A stretch of DNA of 64,000 bases from an uncultured cyanobacterium (GTDB lineage Bacteria; Cyanobacteriota; Cyanobacteriia; Cyanobacteriales; Nostocaceae): assembly GCA_963706595.1 (NCBI GenBank), contig OY970166.1, forward strand, positions 128,001-192,000, given 5' to 3'. This document shows positions 11,029 to 21,605 of this stretch, in pieces. Below the pieces are notes generated by a model, which was given only the letters and a program-made list of their open reading frames with translations, was not told the origin of the DNA and made no database searches. The translations under genes and the position numbers were made by a program. Within the stretch, counting starts at the first letter, position 1; each line of letters starts with the position of its first letter.

Positions 11029-12249
11029 ATGAATTCAACCGCAACCGCAACAATTCCCACCACAACTGTTCCCACCCCAACCGTTCAGGCAGAAAATTCT
11101 ATCGGCTTTGAGGGAACATTTCAACTCCTATACAAAGAGCTTCAGGAATCAACTAAAGCTTCAAAGCAGAATTGCCATGATGTCGCCACCAGAATTACCA
11201 CCGAAGTATACCGGATTTGTCAAGAAAGTAAACGTATCCAGGCTTCGGGTGATGTGCAAAGCTCGGCTATTTCCCTAGCCAGACATCGGCTGCAACAGTG
11301 TTTCAGGTACTATCAGTTGGGTTCAAGTCGGGGTAGGGTAGAGTTACACAGTACTCTGAGTGCAATTATTTATCGCTACATTAATCCTCCTCAACGGCAG
11401 TTAAGCTATCAAGGACGATTGACCATTATTGAAGATTTCTTACAAGGTTTTTATCTGGAAGCTTTAAATGCTTTCCGACGGGAAAACCAAATGGGTCCGA
11501 CTTATCGTCCCCAAACTCTGCTGGAATTGGCAGAGTACATGGCCTTTACTGAGCGCTATGGTAAGCGGCGAATTCCTTTACCAGGGCGACAACAGCAACT
11601 AATTATCCTGCGGGCGCAAACCTTTTCGCAACAGCAACCCCAGGAAACCAGCGTAGATATAGAACAAGCCGCAGAAGGTAGTTCCAATGACAATGACGGT
11701 TCTTGGGAAGAACCAGCAGTACAGCAATTGCGTTCAGCAATGGCGATGCAACCAGAACCAGAACCAGAAGAAGATACTCTGCGTTCGGTTGTGGTGACAG
11801 AGTTAATGGATTATCTCGCACAACGGCAACAATCTGATTGTGCTGATTACTTCTCTCTGCGACTTCAGGATTTATCAACTCAGGAAATTGAGTCGATTTT
11901 GGGTTTAACTCCCCGTCAGCGCGACTACTTACAGCAACGCTTTAAATATCATCTGATTCGGTTTGCCTTGTTACACCGTTGGGAATTAGTTCACGAGTGG
12001 TTGGAAGCCTCACTGCACACTAATTTGGGTTTAACTCCGCAGCAATGGCAAGATTATACAGCGCAATTGGACGACAAGCAGCGCTCGTTACTGGAATTGA
12101 AACAAGAAGGACAGCCAGATGAGAAAATTGCCAAAACTTTAGGGTTGTCCACAGCCCAGTTGCAAAAACGGTGGTTTAAAATTCTGGAACAAGCATGGGA
12201 AATTCGTAACTCCCTAGTGTCCGGATCAAGTGCATCTACCCATGAATAG
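11029..12249 (+). CDS. hetZ: Heterocyst differentiation protein HetZ
   Basis: Sigma-like C-terminal HTH region (IESILGLTPRQRDYLQQRFKYH), a patU partner downstream and a HetR site upstream. Confidence 0.9.
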   Translation: MNSTATATIPTTTVPTPTVQAENSIGFEGTFQLLYKELQESTKASKQNCHDVATRITTEVYRICQESKRIQASGDVQSSAISLARHRLQQCFRYYQLGSSRGRVELHSTLSAIIYRYINPPQRQLSYQGRLTIIEDFLQGFYLEALNAFRRENQMGPTYRPQTLLELAEYMAFTERYGKRRIPLPGRQQQLIILRAQTFSQQQPQETSVDIEQAAEGSSNDNDGSWEEPAVQQLRSAMAMQPEPEPEEDTLRSVVVTELMDYLAQRQQSDCADYFSLRLQDLSTQEIESILGLTPRQRDYLQQRFKYHLIRFALLHRWELVHEWLEASLHTNLGLTPQQWQDYTAQLDDKQRSLLELKQEGQPDEKIAKTLGLSTAQLQKRWFKILEQAWEIRNSLVSGSSASTHE

Positions 12250-12400
12250 TGACTCAGAATCCTTACAAACCGATTTACTCGATTGGTTGTTGGCAAATAA
12301 AGCTAACACCAACGAGCCTAAATTGGTAGAGTGTGAGGAAGTTGACGGGGTATACAAACCTTTCAAGGAGGTAGCCGCTTTTACAGGCGGTGAGCCATAA
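12242..12400 (+). CDS. patU5: PatU5 (5' part of patU, 52 aa)
   Basis: ATG overlaps the end of hetZ. MNSDSESLQTDLLDWLLANK...GGEP* is in the same frame as patU3, separated by one TAA. Confidence 0.7.
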   Translation: MNSDSESLQTDLLDWLLANKANTNEPKLVECEEVDGVYKPFKEVAAFTGGEP

Positions 12401-12445
12401 TTGGGAGGAATGCCCCAAACCTTTCAATTGGGAGAAATTCCTACT

Positions 12446-13222
12446 GTGCAAGAACGTTTCCAAGCCGTCCTCAAACGTCGGTTACAAATCGAAGTCGAAA
12501 ACCAGCCTCCTCTATTTCCTTGGGAGTCTCAATTAGTAGAGTACCCAGAATTTGTGGAAGAGCGATCGCTTGCTTTAAGTCCCAACTGGGGATGGATAGC
12601 ACAGCAGTCAAAGCTGAATCTGCCCATACCATTACCAGAGAAAGTTTTTCAAGAATTATTGGCTAAATGTCAAGGGTTGATTACATCTTCGCTACCTCTA
12701 GGGGCAAAACTAGTTCAGGTAGTTGAGGGCTTTTTCCCCAATGAGTCACAGACAATTAATGATTTAGCTGGATTGGTTCTCAGAAGCACTTATCGGTCTG
12801 TGAATACTGCGGATACAATGCCTGAAATTCAGGATGATTACTCAGATTTACAACCACGTCAGCAGATGGCATTGTCATTACTAGCAGCTAAACAACTGTT
12901 AGATAATTTGACTTTACCCGTGTCTTCAGCCAATCCGGTGCTAGAAAGACAATGGCTCACTAGTGCTGGCACTCTGACTTTGAGGGTAGAATACCAGTCT
13001 CAAGATCAGATGACACACTTGAGTGTTAATTGTAAGCTACCAGCTCCAGGTATTTTGAAATTGCAAGGAAATGGCAACCAAGCAGTAGCAAAGTCGGCAA
13101 CTCCGGGACATTTAAGTGTAGAATTATACGGTAATCAACAAACTCCCGTTTATACTCTGGAAGTTGATTTTCCAGAAATAGACCAACAGCCTTTGCTGTT
13201 TGTCATTAGTCCGACGATTTAG
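12446..13222 (+). CDS. patU3: Heterocyst pattern protein PatU3
   Basis: GGAGA RBS + GTG giving (M)QERFQAVLKRRLQIEVENQPPLFPWE..., 258 aa, located after hetZ. Confidence 0.85.
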   Translation: MQERFQAVLKRRLQIEVENQPPLFPWESQLVEYPEFVEERSLALSPNWGWIAQQSKLNLPIPLPEKVFQELLAKCQGLITSSLPLGAKLVQVVEGFFPNESQTINDLAGLVLRSTYRSVNTADTMPEIQDDYSDLQPRQQMALSLLAAKQLLDNLTLPVSSANPVLERQWLTSAGTLTLRVEYQSQDQMTHLSVNCKLPAPGILKLQGNGNQAVAKSATPGHLSVELYGNQQTPVYTLEVDFPEIDQQPLLFVISPTI

Positions 13223-13485
13223 TTGAAATGATCACCGTTAGAGTTTTAGGTTGATTTGCACCGATATACCAGATGGTGATCGTGCTTTAAATCTATCCTT
13301 AAATAAAGATGGATCATTAGGGTTTCTACTTTATTCACAAGCGGTAATTATTGCTGCTACGAAAATCGGCATTCAGTTGACACATTTATGAAGATCCTCA
13401 AACTCCCAAAGCTTGCTTTCGGGGAGTTACTGTTTTGTTGAGAGGAACTGGCTGACAAAATATAAATGAGCAACCAAAGCAGTCA

Positions 13486-13560
13486 TACCAATTTAGAATT
13501 GGAAATTAAGAACGTCAGACTCAATATTGTCTCTGTCGTCTTCTTTTTTTAAATTGGTAT
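13486..13560. repeat. Short MITE-like element (ataccaattt...aaattggtat)
   Basis: 10-bp terminal inverted repeat. Confidence 0.4.
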
Positions 13561-13619
13561 CGGTTTGTATCCTAAATTTGTGTCCATAGCATCTACAACA
13601 TCCTTTGTTTCTATTCTCA

Positions 13620-15941
13620 ATGTTTAAGTTATCTAGGATCAATCAGGTTTGGCTTCTACCTATAGGTCGTTACTGGCGGCAAAATGTTCAGGGATCAACG
13701 TCAACGGAAGTAGAAAATGCAATTTCCTTAAGAGTACTAGTCTTAGCGTTGGTAATTGTGGGAATTGTGGCAATGGATATTGCCGCCGAGACTCAATTTA
13801 GTCTGTGGGCAGTGCCTTTAAGTATAGTCGGCACGGGCTGGAGTTACTACCGTCGCATTGGTGCTAATATTCCAGTTAAGTTCTGCATCGCCATCGGGAT
13901 GTTAATTGCGCTAGGTGCTTTCTTTGGGCGGTTGCTGGGAGAGTTGAACGATACGCGATTGGCTTTGGCAGAGTTATTAATTCAACTACAAATACTCCAC
14001 AGCTTTGATATGCCTCGCCGCAAAAGCTTGGGCTATTCCATAGTTATAGGTTTGATTTTATTAGGTGTGGCAGCAACAGTCAGTCAAACTCTGGCTTTTG
14101 CACCAGTGTTGCTGATATTTCTGGCGATCGCCTTGCCGACTTTAGTGTTAAACTATCGCTCACAATTGGGCATTCAGCAATTAAAAGTTAAAAATAAAAA
14201 GTTTGATCGGCAGAATTCTCCGATATTAAATCTGAAATTCTTAGTTGTAAATTTTTTGCTAATTGTCGGGCTAGGTCTGGCAATTTTTGCAGTTTTACCG
14301 CGATTTCCTGGCTATCAACTGCGGAGTTTTCCGGTCAGCGCCCCGATTAATGTCCAGGATGATTTTACCGGTCGGAGCATTGTGAATCCTGGTTATGTCC
14401 GTGAAGGTCGGGACGGCAATCAAGGCAATGGTAACAGTGGCGAGGGACAAGGGGGAACAGGTGAACCGGGCAGCGTAGATAATAATTTTTATTACGGTTT
14501 TAATAGCCAGATGAACCAAAACCTGCGGGGAGAGATGAAACCCCAGGTAGTAATGCGGGTGCGATCGCAGATTGAAGGATTTTGGCGCGTCTTAGCATTT
14601 GACCGCTATACCGGGAAAGGGTGGGAGATTTCTCGCAATGAGGAAGTTACGACTCATCGGAGATCGTCTTGGTCTTACCAAATTCGTCTACCTTTGCCAA
14701 TATTTACTGGTCGCACCAGAGAAGTAGTGCAAACTTACACGGTGGTGTCAGATTTGCCTAACTTGATTCCGGCTATGGCTCATCCCAAGGAAATCTATTA
14801 TCCCACGCCGATCATTGCAGTTGACACCGAAAATGGCTTGCGATCGCCTGTAGGATTATCAGAAGGACTCACCTACACGGTAGTTTCAGAAGTACCATAT
14901 CGCGATCGCACTTTATTAGGACAGGCTTCTAGTAAATATCCCCCGAATATTCAAAAATTTTATTTACAAACTCCCCCGGAAATTACCGAAAAAGTTCGGC
15001 AACGGACTGAAGAAATCCTGAATAATTACAACCAAGAACGCATCGCCAATTCCGCTAAAACCCTAGATTCAAATTATGAAAAAGCACTCTATCTAGCTCA
15101 GTATATTAAGCAAAACTACACAATTCCTGAAAATCCTTTAGGACTGCCTTTTTTGAGCGAAGACGAAGACTTAGTAGAAGCTTTTTTGTTCAAACACAAA
15201 GGCGGCTATCGCGATCACTTTTCCACAGTTCTCACGGTGATGCTGCGTTCTATTGGTATCCCGGCCAGGTTGGTGGTTGGTTTTAGTGCGGGACAATTTA
15301 ATCCCTTTACGGGGATGTACGTTGTCAGTAACACAGATGCTTACGCGATGACGGAAGTGTATTTCCCTAGATATGGCTGGTTTGCTTTTGACCCCATTCC
15401 CAATCATCCTTTGATTCCTCCTTCCATTGAGGATATTGAAACATTTAGTGTGCTGCGCCAGTTTTGGCAATGGGTAGCTGGCTGGTTGCCCACGCCAGTC
15501 ACAGGGGTGCTAAATAATGTATTTGGGATCATATTTAGCTGGATCACTAAAGCGATCGCTTGGTTTTTAGCTTTATTTTACCAAGGTTGGGTAGGTGTAC
15601 TAACTGCCTTACTCCTAGCAACAACAACAGCATTTTTGGGTTGGCTAAGTTGGGGACAGTGGCAACAGTGGCTCAAGCGTCGGTGGTTAAAAAAATTACC
15701 CCCAATGGAAAATTTATATCAGCAAATGCTGCAATGGGTAGCTCAAAAAGGTTTGGGTAAGCATCCAGCCCAGACACCCCTAGAGTATGCCAGTGTCTCA
15801 CACCAGCATCACCCCCCAGCCACGGCTCAGGTAATAGATGAAATTTGCCAAGCTTATGTAGACTGGCGTTATGGTGGTCATTCACCCAACTTGAATCGAC
15901 TACGAGAAAAATGGCAAGAACTGAAAAAAAGTGCCAAGTGA
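13620..15941 (+). CDS. Membrane transglutaminase-like protein (DUF3488 + TGc + DUF4129; TgpA-like)
   Basis: N-terminal TM helices, MLRSIGIPARLVVGF and EVYFPRYGWFAFDP. The catalytic Cys/His positions read GYRDHF/DAYA. Confidence 0.85.
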   Translation: MFKLSRINQVWLLPIGRYWRQNVQGSTSTEVENAISLRVLVLALVIVGIVAMDIAAETQFSLWAVPLSIVGTGWSYYRRIGANIPVKFCIAIGMLIALGAFFGRLLGELNDTRLALAELLIQLQILHSFDMPRRKSLGYSIVIGLILLGVAATVSQTLAFAPVLLIFLAIALPTLVLNYRSQLGIQQLKVKNKKFDRQNSPILNLKFLVVNFLLIVGLGLAIFAVLPRFPGYQLRSFPVSAPINVQDDFTGRSIVNPGYVREGRDGNQGNGNSGEGQGGTGEPGSVDNNFYYGFNSQMNQNLRGEMKPQVVMRVRSQIEGFWRVLAFDRYTGKGWEISRNEEVTTHRRSSWSYQIRLPLPIFTGRTREVVQTYTVVSDLPNLIPAMAHPKEIYYPTPIIAVDTENGLRSPVGLSEGLTYTVVSEVPYRDRTLLGQASSKYPPNIQKFYLQTPPEITEKVRQRTEEILNNYNQERIANSAKTLDSNYEKALYLAQYIKQNYTIPENPLGLPFLSEDEDLVEAFLFKHKGGYRDHFSTVLTVMLRSIGIPARLVVGFSAGQFNPFTGMYVVSNTDAYAMTEVYFPRYGWFAFDPIPNHPLIPPSIEDIETFSVLRQFWQWVAGWLPTPVTGVLNNVFGIIFSWITKAIAWFLALFYQGWVGVLTALLLATTTAFLGWLSWGQWQQWLKRRWLKKLPPMENLYQQMLQWVAQKGLGKHPAQTPLEYASVSHQHHPPATAQVIDEICQAYVDWRYGGHSPNLNRLREKWQELKKSAK

Positions 15942-15946
15942 AGCTT

Positions 15947-15987
15947 TGTAGAGACTTTGTAGAGACTTTCCATGGAACGTCTCTACA
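15947..15987. repeat. GTAGAGAC...GTCTCTAC REP-like palindrome
   Basis: gtagagactttccatggaacgtctctac, with relatives at 36253 and 53442. Confidence 0.65.
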
Positions 15988-15999
15988 TTCTGGGAGTAG

Positions 16000-16681
16000 C
16001 TAAATCAAACCCTGTTTTTTCAGATTAGATAAGGCATTTTCCGCAGCTCGTTTTTCAGCCTCCTTCTTACCACGAGCTGTTTCCAGATCCGTAAAGCTGA
16101 TCATCAACAAAAACCTGAGCCAGATATTCAGGAGCATGATCCTCGCCTCCGATTCGTTCTGTCTCATACTTAGGTAGTAAAGACCCAGAATTTGCCTGTA
16201 CCCACTCTTGCAGTCGATTTTTGGAATCGACAGTAGAACGAATTTCCATAATCGCTTCCGGGACTGAGTTAAATAAATCTTCCAGAATTGGGCGGATGAG
16301 TGTAATGTTGCGATCGCAATCTAAATAATACGCTCCCACAACCGATTCAAAGGCGCTACTCAATAAATTGGGGCTATCTCTTCCTCCATCCTGAATTGCT
16401 CCTCTTCCCAAGCGCATTTTAGAATCTAAACCAACTACAATCGCAAATTTAGCCAGTTGCTTCTCGTCCACTAATGCCGATCTGCGGCGAGTCATTTGAT
16501 CTTCTGCCATATCTGGATAGCGTCTATAAAGATACTCACCACTGATAAAAGTCAGTAACGCATCGCCTAAAAACTCCAAACGCTCATTATGCTTTTCCCC
16601 AGGATGTTCGTTGACATAAGAACGGTGAGTCAATGCCTGGCGCAAAAGTTCTTCGTTCTCAAAATTTAACAACTTATGCAT
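16000..16681 (-). CDS. rnc: Ribonuclease III, with a 1-nt frameshift in the dsRBD at ~16080
   Basis: ALTHRS and HNERLEFLGDA. Removing one A gives the tail GTARGKKEAEKRAAENALSNLKKQGLI* (226 aa). Confidence 0.88.
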
Positions 16682-17129
16682 TTCTTTTCTATCTCTTGGC
16701 TCTTTTAGATGTAGAGTAATGTTCTTCCATTGCGCTAAAAATTTTGTCAATCCCAACAAATAGCCAGTTGTTATATTTTTGTCAATATCACAGATGCGGT
16801 ATAGAGTAATTGGGTAATGTATGGGTTAAAGAAACAATATGTGCTGATTACAGTCTATGTACTCAGGAAAATTACTACTATATCCAGATGTCATCTAAAT
16901 TTTACTGAAAAATAAATTTACTCAGTTAACTAGATTAGATTTTTTAAATTCCGCATACATCTTGGGACATATTTTAGTGATATACAGCTATTTACCTGCT
17001 AAAATAACCATTTGTCATTTAAAAACTCAGGATTGCTAAACGTAAAGCGTTGTAACTGCTGTTTTTTGGCTATAACATGGAATAATTACCTTACAAGCTC
17101 GTTGCACCATATTTGGTGTCAATTTTTTT

Positions 17130-17396
17130 ATGGAAATACAATTAATCAACATTGGTTTCGGTAACATCGTCTCTGCCAACCGAGTAGTTGCCATCGTTAG
17201 TCCAGAATCTGCACCCATTAAACGGATTATCACCGATGCACGGGACAGAGGTCAATTAGTTGATGCAACTTACGGACGGCGGACAAGGGCTGTAATTATC
17301 ACAGATTCCAGCCACGTAATTCTTTCAGCCATTCAACCGGAAACTGTAGCGAATCGGTTTGTGATTTCCCGCGAGCATCATACTGTCGAAAACTGA
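17130..17396 (+). CDS. remA: RemA/DUF370 family protein
   Basis: [28 protein letters not shown]...[12 protein letters not shown], upstream of gmk. Confidence 0.9.
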   Translation: MEIQLINIGFGNIVSANRVVAIVSPESAPIKRIITDARDRGQLVDATYGRRTRAVIITDSSHVILSAIQPETVANRFVISREHHTVEN

Positions 17397-17410
17397 TTTA
17401 ATATAGGTCA

Positions 17411-17622
17411 AACAATTTTGGATTTTAGATGTGCGATCTTCGTAACGTCAGCAGCGCAGCTAATATTTTAGACTGACTGCACCAACAAGGGGATACCACC
17501 TTGGGGATTTTAGATAAACGTTAGCGTCAGCAGCGGAGCGAGTATTTTGGATTTGAGAGTAGGCATAGCAGCCTTCCTCAAACCGAAAAAAACCAATCCC
17601 AAATCCCAAATCCAAAATTGGT
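17411..17622. repeat. MITE-like element with caattttggattt / aaatccaaaattg ends and an internal duplication
   Basis: Terminal inverted repeats. The block ggattttagat...cgtcagcagcg.agc...tatttt occurs twice inside. Confidence 0.5.
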
Positions 17623-17790
17623 ACGGTCGATAACCCTACCCTATTTAGACCACATCAGCAGTACGATGTGAATTAGACAAGTTTTCTGTCACCCGTGCTA
17701 CAAATTCGTTCTTCAAAAGTTGATCTGATAACGAAAACACAGCGAATGACTCATGAATAATGTCTAATAATTAATTCACAGTTTTAACGG

Positions 17791-18390
17791 ATGATGCAAG
17801 TTTTACCTATCCAAAATGATGCTCCCACCAAAGAAAGCCCCTCTCCAGGCAGGTTAATTGTTTTAACTGGCCCCAGTGGGGTCGGTAAAGGCACTTTAAT
17901 GCAAGAGCTGTTAAAACGTCATCCAGAACTTTACTATTCTGTATCCGTGACAACTCGTTCTCCTCGTCCAGGAGAAATTAACGGCGAAAATTATTACTTT
18001 ATTAGCCGCAGTAAGTTTGAGCAATTAGTTGCCGAGGGTGAATTCTTGGAGTGGGCGGAATTTGCTGGTAATTATTACGGTACTCCCCGTGAAGCTGTGC
18101 TTAACCAAGTTCGATCCGGCAAGTTAGTAATTCTGGAAATTGAACTAGAAGGGGCAAGACAAATCCGTGCTTCCTTCCCAATCGCTCTGAGCATTTTTAT
18201 TTTACCGCCTTCGCTGAATGAATTGGAGAGCCGCATACGTGGTCGCGCCCAAGATTCTGAAGAAGCGATCGCGCGTCGCCTACACCGCGCCCAAGTAGAA
18301 ATCCAAGCCGCAGACGAATTTGATGTTCAAATCGTTAATGACGATTTAGAAACCGCGCTCAAAGCCATAGAAGCAACTTTATTCGGATAG
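17791..18390 (+). CDS. gmk: Guanylate kinase
   Basis: [21 protein letters not shown] and GNYYGT. Confidence 0.96.
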   Translation: MMQVLPIQNDAPTKESPSPGRLIVLTGPSGVGKGTLMQELLKRHPELYYSVSVTTRSPRPGEINGENYYFISRSKFEQLVAEGEFLEWAEFAGNYYGTPREAVLNQVRSGKLVILEIELEGARQIRASFPIALSIFILPPSLNELESRIRGRAQDSEEAIARRLHRAQVEIQAADEFDVQIVNDDLETALKAIEATLFG

Positions 18391-18407
18391 CTGGAAACTC
18401 TTTAATA

Positions 18408-18551
18408 CTAAGGAACATGAATTAAATAACATCCAAATTCTGGGTTTTGACCTCACCCCGCCTTTAACTTACGTCAAAGTCTCCCCTCTCCTTAGTAAGG
18501 AGAGGGGTTGGGGGTGAGGTTGGTGTATTTTATTAAATCCGCATTCCTAAG
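18408..18551. repeat. MITE-like element with a CCCCTCTCCTT..AAGGAGAGGGG palindrome
   Basis: cctcacccc...cccctctccttagtaaggagaggggttgggggtgagg nested within imperfect terminal inverted repeats. Confidence 0.6.
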
Positions 18552-18709
18552 CATTGCTCACACAAAATTACAAAGGACACAGACGAAGAGCAAAGCTTTT
18601 CCTTTGTGTCCTAGTCATAAAAGATAGGGCATCAGGCATCGGTAATACTAAAAAATAACTCACAATTAGCTATTACCAATGCCCAATGCCTAATTATCCA
18701 AACATTCAA

Positions 18710-19231
18710 TTAACCAAATAGAGCTTGAATGAGACCTAAATTGCTAGTCAAGAAATAAGCTACTACTGCGCCGCCAATGCCACCAATCAAGAAAGAACTG
18801 GCAAAATTGTTCCAGCTTTCTTTGGAATTAAAAGCGTCTACTGGTGGGTTGGGGACAGTTACACTAGCAAGGGCGTTGGCAGGATTGCTATTGGCATACA
18901 GAGATAGGCAGGCAGTGAGAATCACAACCAAACCGATTGCTCCCAGTAAACCAGCTAAATTAGCATTAGTTGCATCACGTAGAGGTCCCAATTTAGCGAA
19001 AGGCCCAAATAGCAAGTAACCATGAGCCATGCCCACTTCTAAACCACGTCTAGCAGGATTAAGACCTTGACGATAGGCGGGCAAGTTATTAATGAACCAC
19101 TTAACTAGGGGAGAGGAGTTAATTGGGGTTTCTAGGTTTCCTTGCTGAGGATCACGACCTGCTGGAGAAACAACCTCATTATTTCTGGGATCGCTGGGGC
19201 GATTTTTCGATGAATTTACTGCTTGCGCCAT
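18710..19231 (-). CDS. psaL: Photosystem I subunit XI
   Basis: GNLETPINSS, NLPAYR and RGLEVGMAHGY. Confidence 0.96.
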   Translation of the reverse strand: MAQAVNSSKNRPSDPRNNEVVSPAGRDPQQGNLETPINSSPLVKWFINNLPAYRQGLNPARRGLEVGMAHGYLLFGPFAKLGPLRDATNANLAGLLGAIGLVVILTACLSLYANSNPANALASVTVPNPPVDAFNSKESWNNFASSFLIGGIGGAVVAYFLTSNLGLIQALFG

Positions 19232-19486
19232 ATTTTATGTTCGCCTCTAAATTAGAATGGTGGCATTTTTATATTATTAATAATAATTGTAGCCAAAGAT
19301 GTTTTTTGGCTAAGAAGTTTAGAAAAATTAATTTACCTGCTTTTATTTAAAGTATGAAACTCGCAAGCTATTTACAGCATTACGAGTTTCACAACCTATA
19401 TTTCCTGCTAATTTGAGTGAGACTTTCGCCTAATTAGACTCAGTAATCCAATTACACAATATTCAGCAGTAAATTCCATTTTCCAC

Positions 19487-19639
19487 TTATGGTAGTGGGT
19501 GGAAAAGTAAGTCAGGGAAAAAGCGGTTAAATTCAATTAAAATCCCGGCGGTAATGGTTAGCCAGATAGTAGCTGCCACTGGAGCCGTAGAAAGAAATGT
19601 GATGAAATAGGACGATTGAGCGCCTTTTTCTTCTGCCAT
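19487..19639 (-). CDS. psaJ: Photosystem I subunit IX
   Basis: Manual translation [50 protein letters not shown]. Below the ORF-track cutoff. Confidence 0.95.
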   Translation of the reverse strand: MAEEKGAQSSYFITFLSTAPVAATIWLTITAGILIEFNRFFPDLLFHPLP

Positions 19640-19679
19640 GAATTTAGTCTCCAAAACAAATGAATTGAGTTAGTCAGAA

Positions 19680-20174
19680 TTAACGCGGAGAAACAGTAAT
19701 TTCTGAATCTTTAGCGGTTAATTCGCCTGAAAGGAGTTCTTTAATCGCTGCTAGAGGCCAAGCAAAGCCTGATGCGATAATGGGTAGAGCCAAACCAAGA
19801 TCGATTTGGATTTCTTTGGCTTCGGTATCTGATAACTTTTTGATGGCTTGTAGGTAAGCACGGCCTACCCAGCCAATCCAACCAGCAATATACAAAAAGA
19901 GAATGCTGGGAATTAAAAAGTCACCAGCCCGATCTAGGCGACCATCAACAATTAAGTGAGGGTAGCCTTCTGGACCACACAGTGCCTGTGAATAACGCTC
20001 AAAACGCTTTCTCCCTGATTCGGGATCGGCGGTGGTGTTACGGGCATTCTTTGCTAGCTCTTGAAAGGCGGGAGAGTCTTTACAGGGGACTAAATTAGCA
20101 CCAAGCGCTTGGGCTGGGGGGGCAAAATTAGACCAAAGACAAATCGCTAAAATCAAAGCAAACAATCGTCTCAT
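19680..20174 (-). CDS. psaF: Photosystem I subunit III
   Basis: [24 protein letters not shown] and [13 protein letters not shown]. Confidence 0.96.
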   Translation of the reverse strand: MRRLFALILAICLWSNFAPPAQALGANLVPCKDSPAFQELAKNARNTTADPESGRKRFERYSQALCGPEGYPHLIVDGRLDRAGDFLIPSILFLYIAGWIGWVGRAYLQAIKKLSDTEAKEIQIDLGLALPIIASGFAWPLAAIKELLSGELTAKDSEITVSPR

Positions 20175-20351
20175 AGATTTGTTTCCTTTTATTACAAAAC
20201 AAAAAGTTCTTTGTACAAAACGAAGCGGCTTGTACAGTGCTTTATTTGCATAACTAGCTAGTAATCATACTCTTGGCCGGGAACCGAGTAAAGTTGAACT
20301 AAATAAAAGTTAAAGCTTCTCAAACATATCGTTACTTAACACAACCTGACA

Positions 20352-21389
20352 ATGGCAACTGTTTTAGCAATAGAAACCAGCTGCGATGAAACTGCCGTCG
20401 CAATTGTGAATAATCGTGAAGTTTATAGCAGTATCGTAGCTTCCCAAATTGCAGTTCATAGTCAATATGGCGGAGTAGTGCCAGAGGTGGCATCCCGGCA
20501 ACATCTAGAAACGATCAATGAGGCGATCGCGCAAGCACTAGAGGAAGCAAAACTGAACTGGGAGCAAATTGATGGTATTGCCGCCACCTGCGCCCCTGGA
20601 CTTGTAGGAGCGCTGTTAGTGGGGTTAACTGCTGCTAAAACTTTAGCAATGTTACACAACAAGCCATTTTTGGGAGTGCATCATCTCGAAGGTCACATTT
20701 ACGCAACTTATTTGAGTGAACCAACTTTAAATCCCCCATTTCTTAGCTTACTCGTTTCCGGTGGACACACAAGCTTGATTTATGTAAAGGATTGTGGAGT
20801 TTACGAAACTTTGGGTGAAACTCGTGATGATGCGGCGGGTGAAGCCTTTGATAAAGTCGCGCGGTTGTTAAAACTGGGTTATCCTGGGGGACCAGTCATC
20901 GATCAACTAGCACAAAAAGGTAATCCCCGTGCTTTTAAGTTGCCAGAAGGGAAAGTTTCTTTACCAGGTGGGGGATATCATCGCTACGACAGCAGTTTTA
21001 GTGGGTTAAAGACGGCGGTACTGCGGTTAGTGCAGCAATTAGAGAAAGATGAAAAACCAGTGCCAGTCACTGATTTAGCAGCTAGTTTTCAGGAAACTGT
21101 CGCGCGATCGCTGACTAAAAGAGCGATCGCCTGCGCCCTCGATTATAATCTCAACACCATTGCCATAGGTGGAGGGGTAGCAGCTAACAGCAGCCTAAGA
21201 AAAATCTTACAGACAACCGCCGCCGAGCATAACCTGCGTGTCCTCTTCCCACCTCTAAAATACTGTACCGATAACGCCGCCATGATTGCCTGCGCCGCCT
21301 CTCATCACCTAAAACTTGGTCATACATCACCCTTAACATTAGGAGTTGAGTCTAGATTGCCACTCAGCCAAATAATGAAATTGTATTAA
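20352..21389 (+). CDS. tsaD: tRNA N6-adenosine threonylcarbamoyltransferase TsaD
   Basis: [29 protein letters not shown] and CTDNAAMI. Confidence 0.96.
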   Translation: MATVLAIETSCDETAVAIVNNREVYSSIVASQIAVHSQYGGVVPEVASRQHLETINEAIAQALEEAKLNWEQIDGIAATCAPGLVGALLVGLTAAKTLAMLHNKPFLGVHHLEGHIYATYLSEPTLNPPFLSLLVSGGHTSLIYVKDCGVYETLGETRDDAAGEAFDKVARLLKLGYPGGPVIDQLAQKGNPRAFKLPEGKVSLPGGGYHRYDSSFSGLKTAVLRLVQQLEKDEKPVPVTDLAASFQETVARSLTKRAIACALDYNLNTIAIGGGVAANSSLRKILQTTAAEHNLRVLFPPLKYCTDNAAMIACAASHHLKLGHTSPLTLGVESRLPLSQIMKLY

Positions 21390-21390
21390 T

Positions 21391-21603
21391 TTGTAATTCG
21401 TAATTCGTAATTCGTAATTACAGAAAAAAGCCTATTTTTTTGTAGGGTGTGTTGTCGCGTAGCGCAACGCACCATCCCAGATTCTCAGTGCTTTAGGACT
21501 AACGTCTATAACACAGCCTACTCCCCACTCCCCACTCCCTACTCCCCACTCCCTACTCCCCACTCCCCATTCCCCACTCCCCACTCCCCACTCCCCACTC
21601 CCC
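21391..21603. repeat. STRR cluster: (TAATTCG)n, a GTAGGG REP-like hairpin and about 12 CCCCACT units
   Basis: Directly visible heptamer arrays between the convergent tsaD and hydrolase genes. Confidence 0.85.
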
Positions 21604-21605
21604 GT

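Noticed and set aside
21391..21603. Heptamer arrays (also at 32087, 34637, 39907, 41686 and 60830) as CRISPR arrays
   Set aside because: They are 7-nt tandem units with no unique spacers and no cas genes, typical of Nostocales STRRs.
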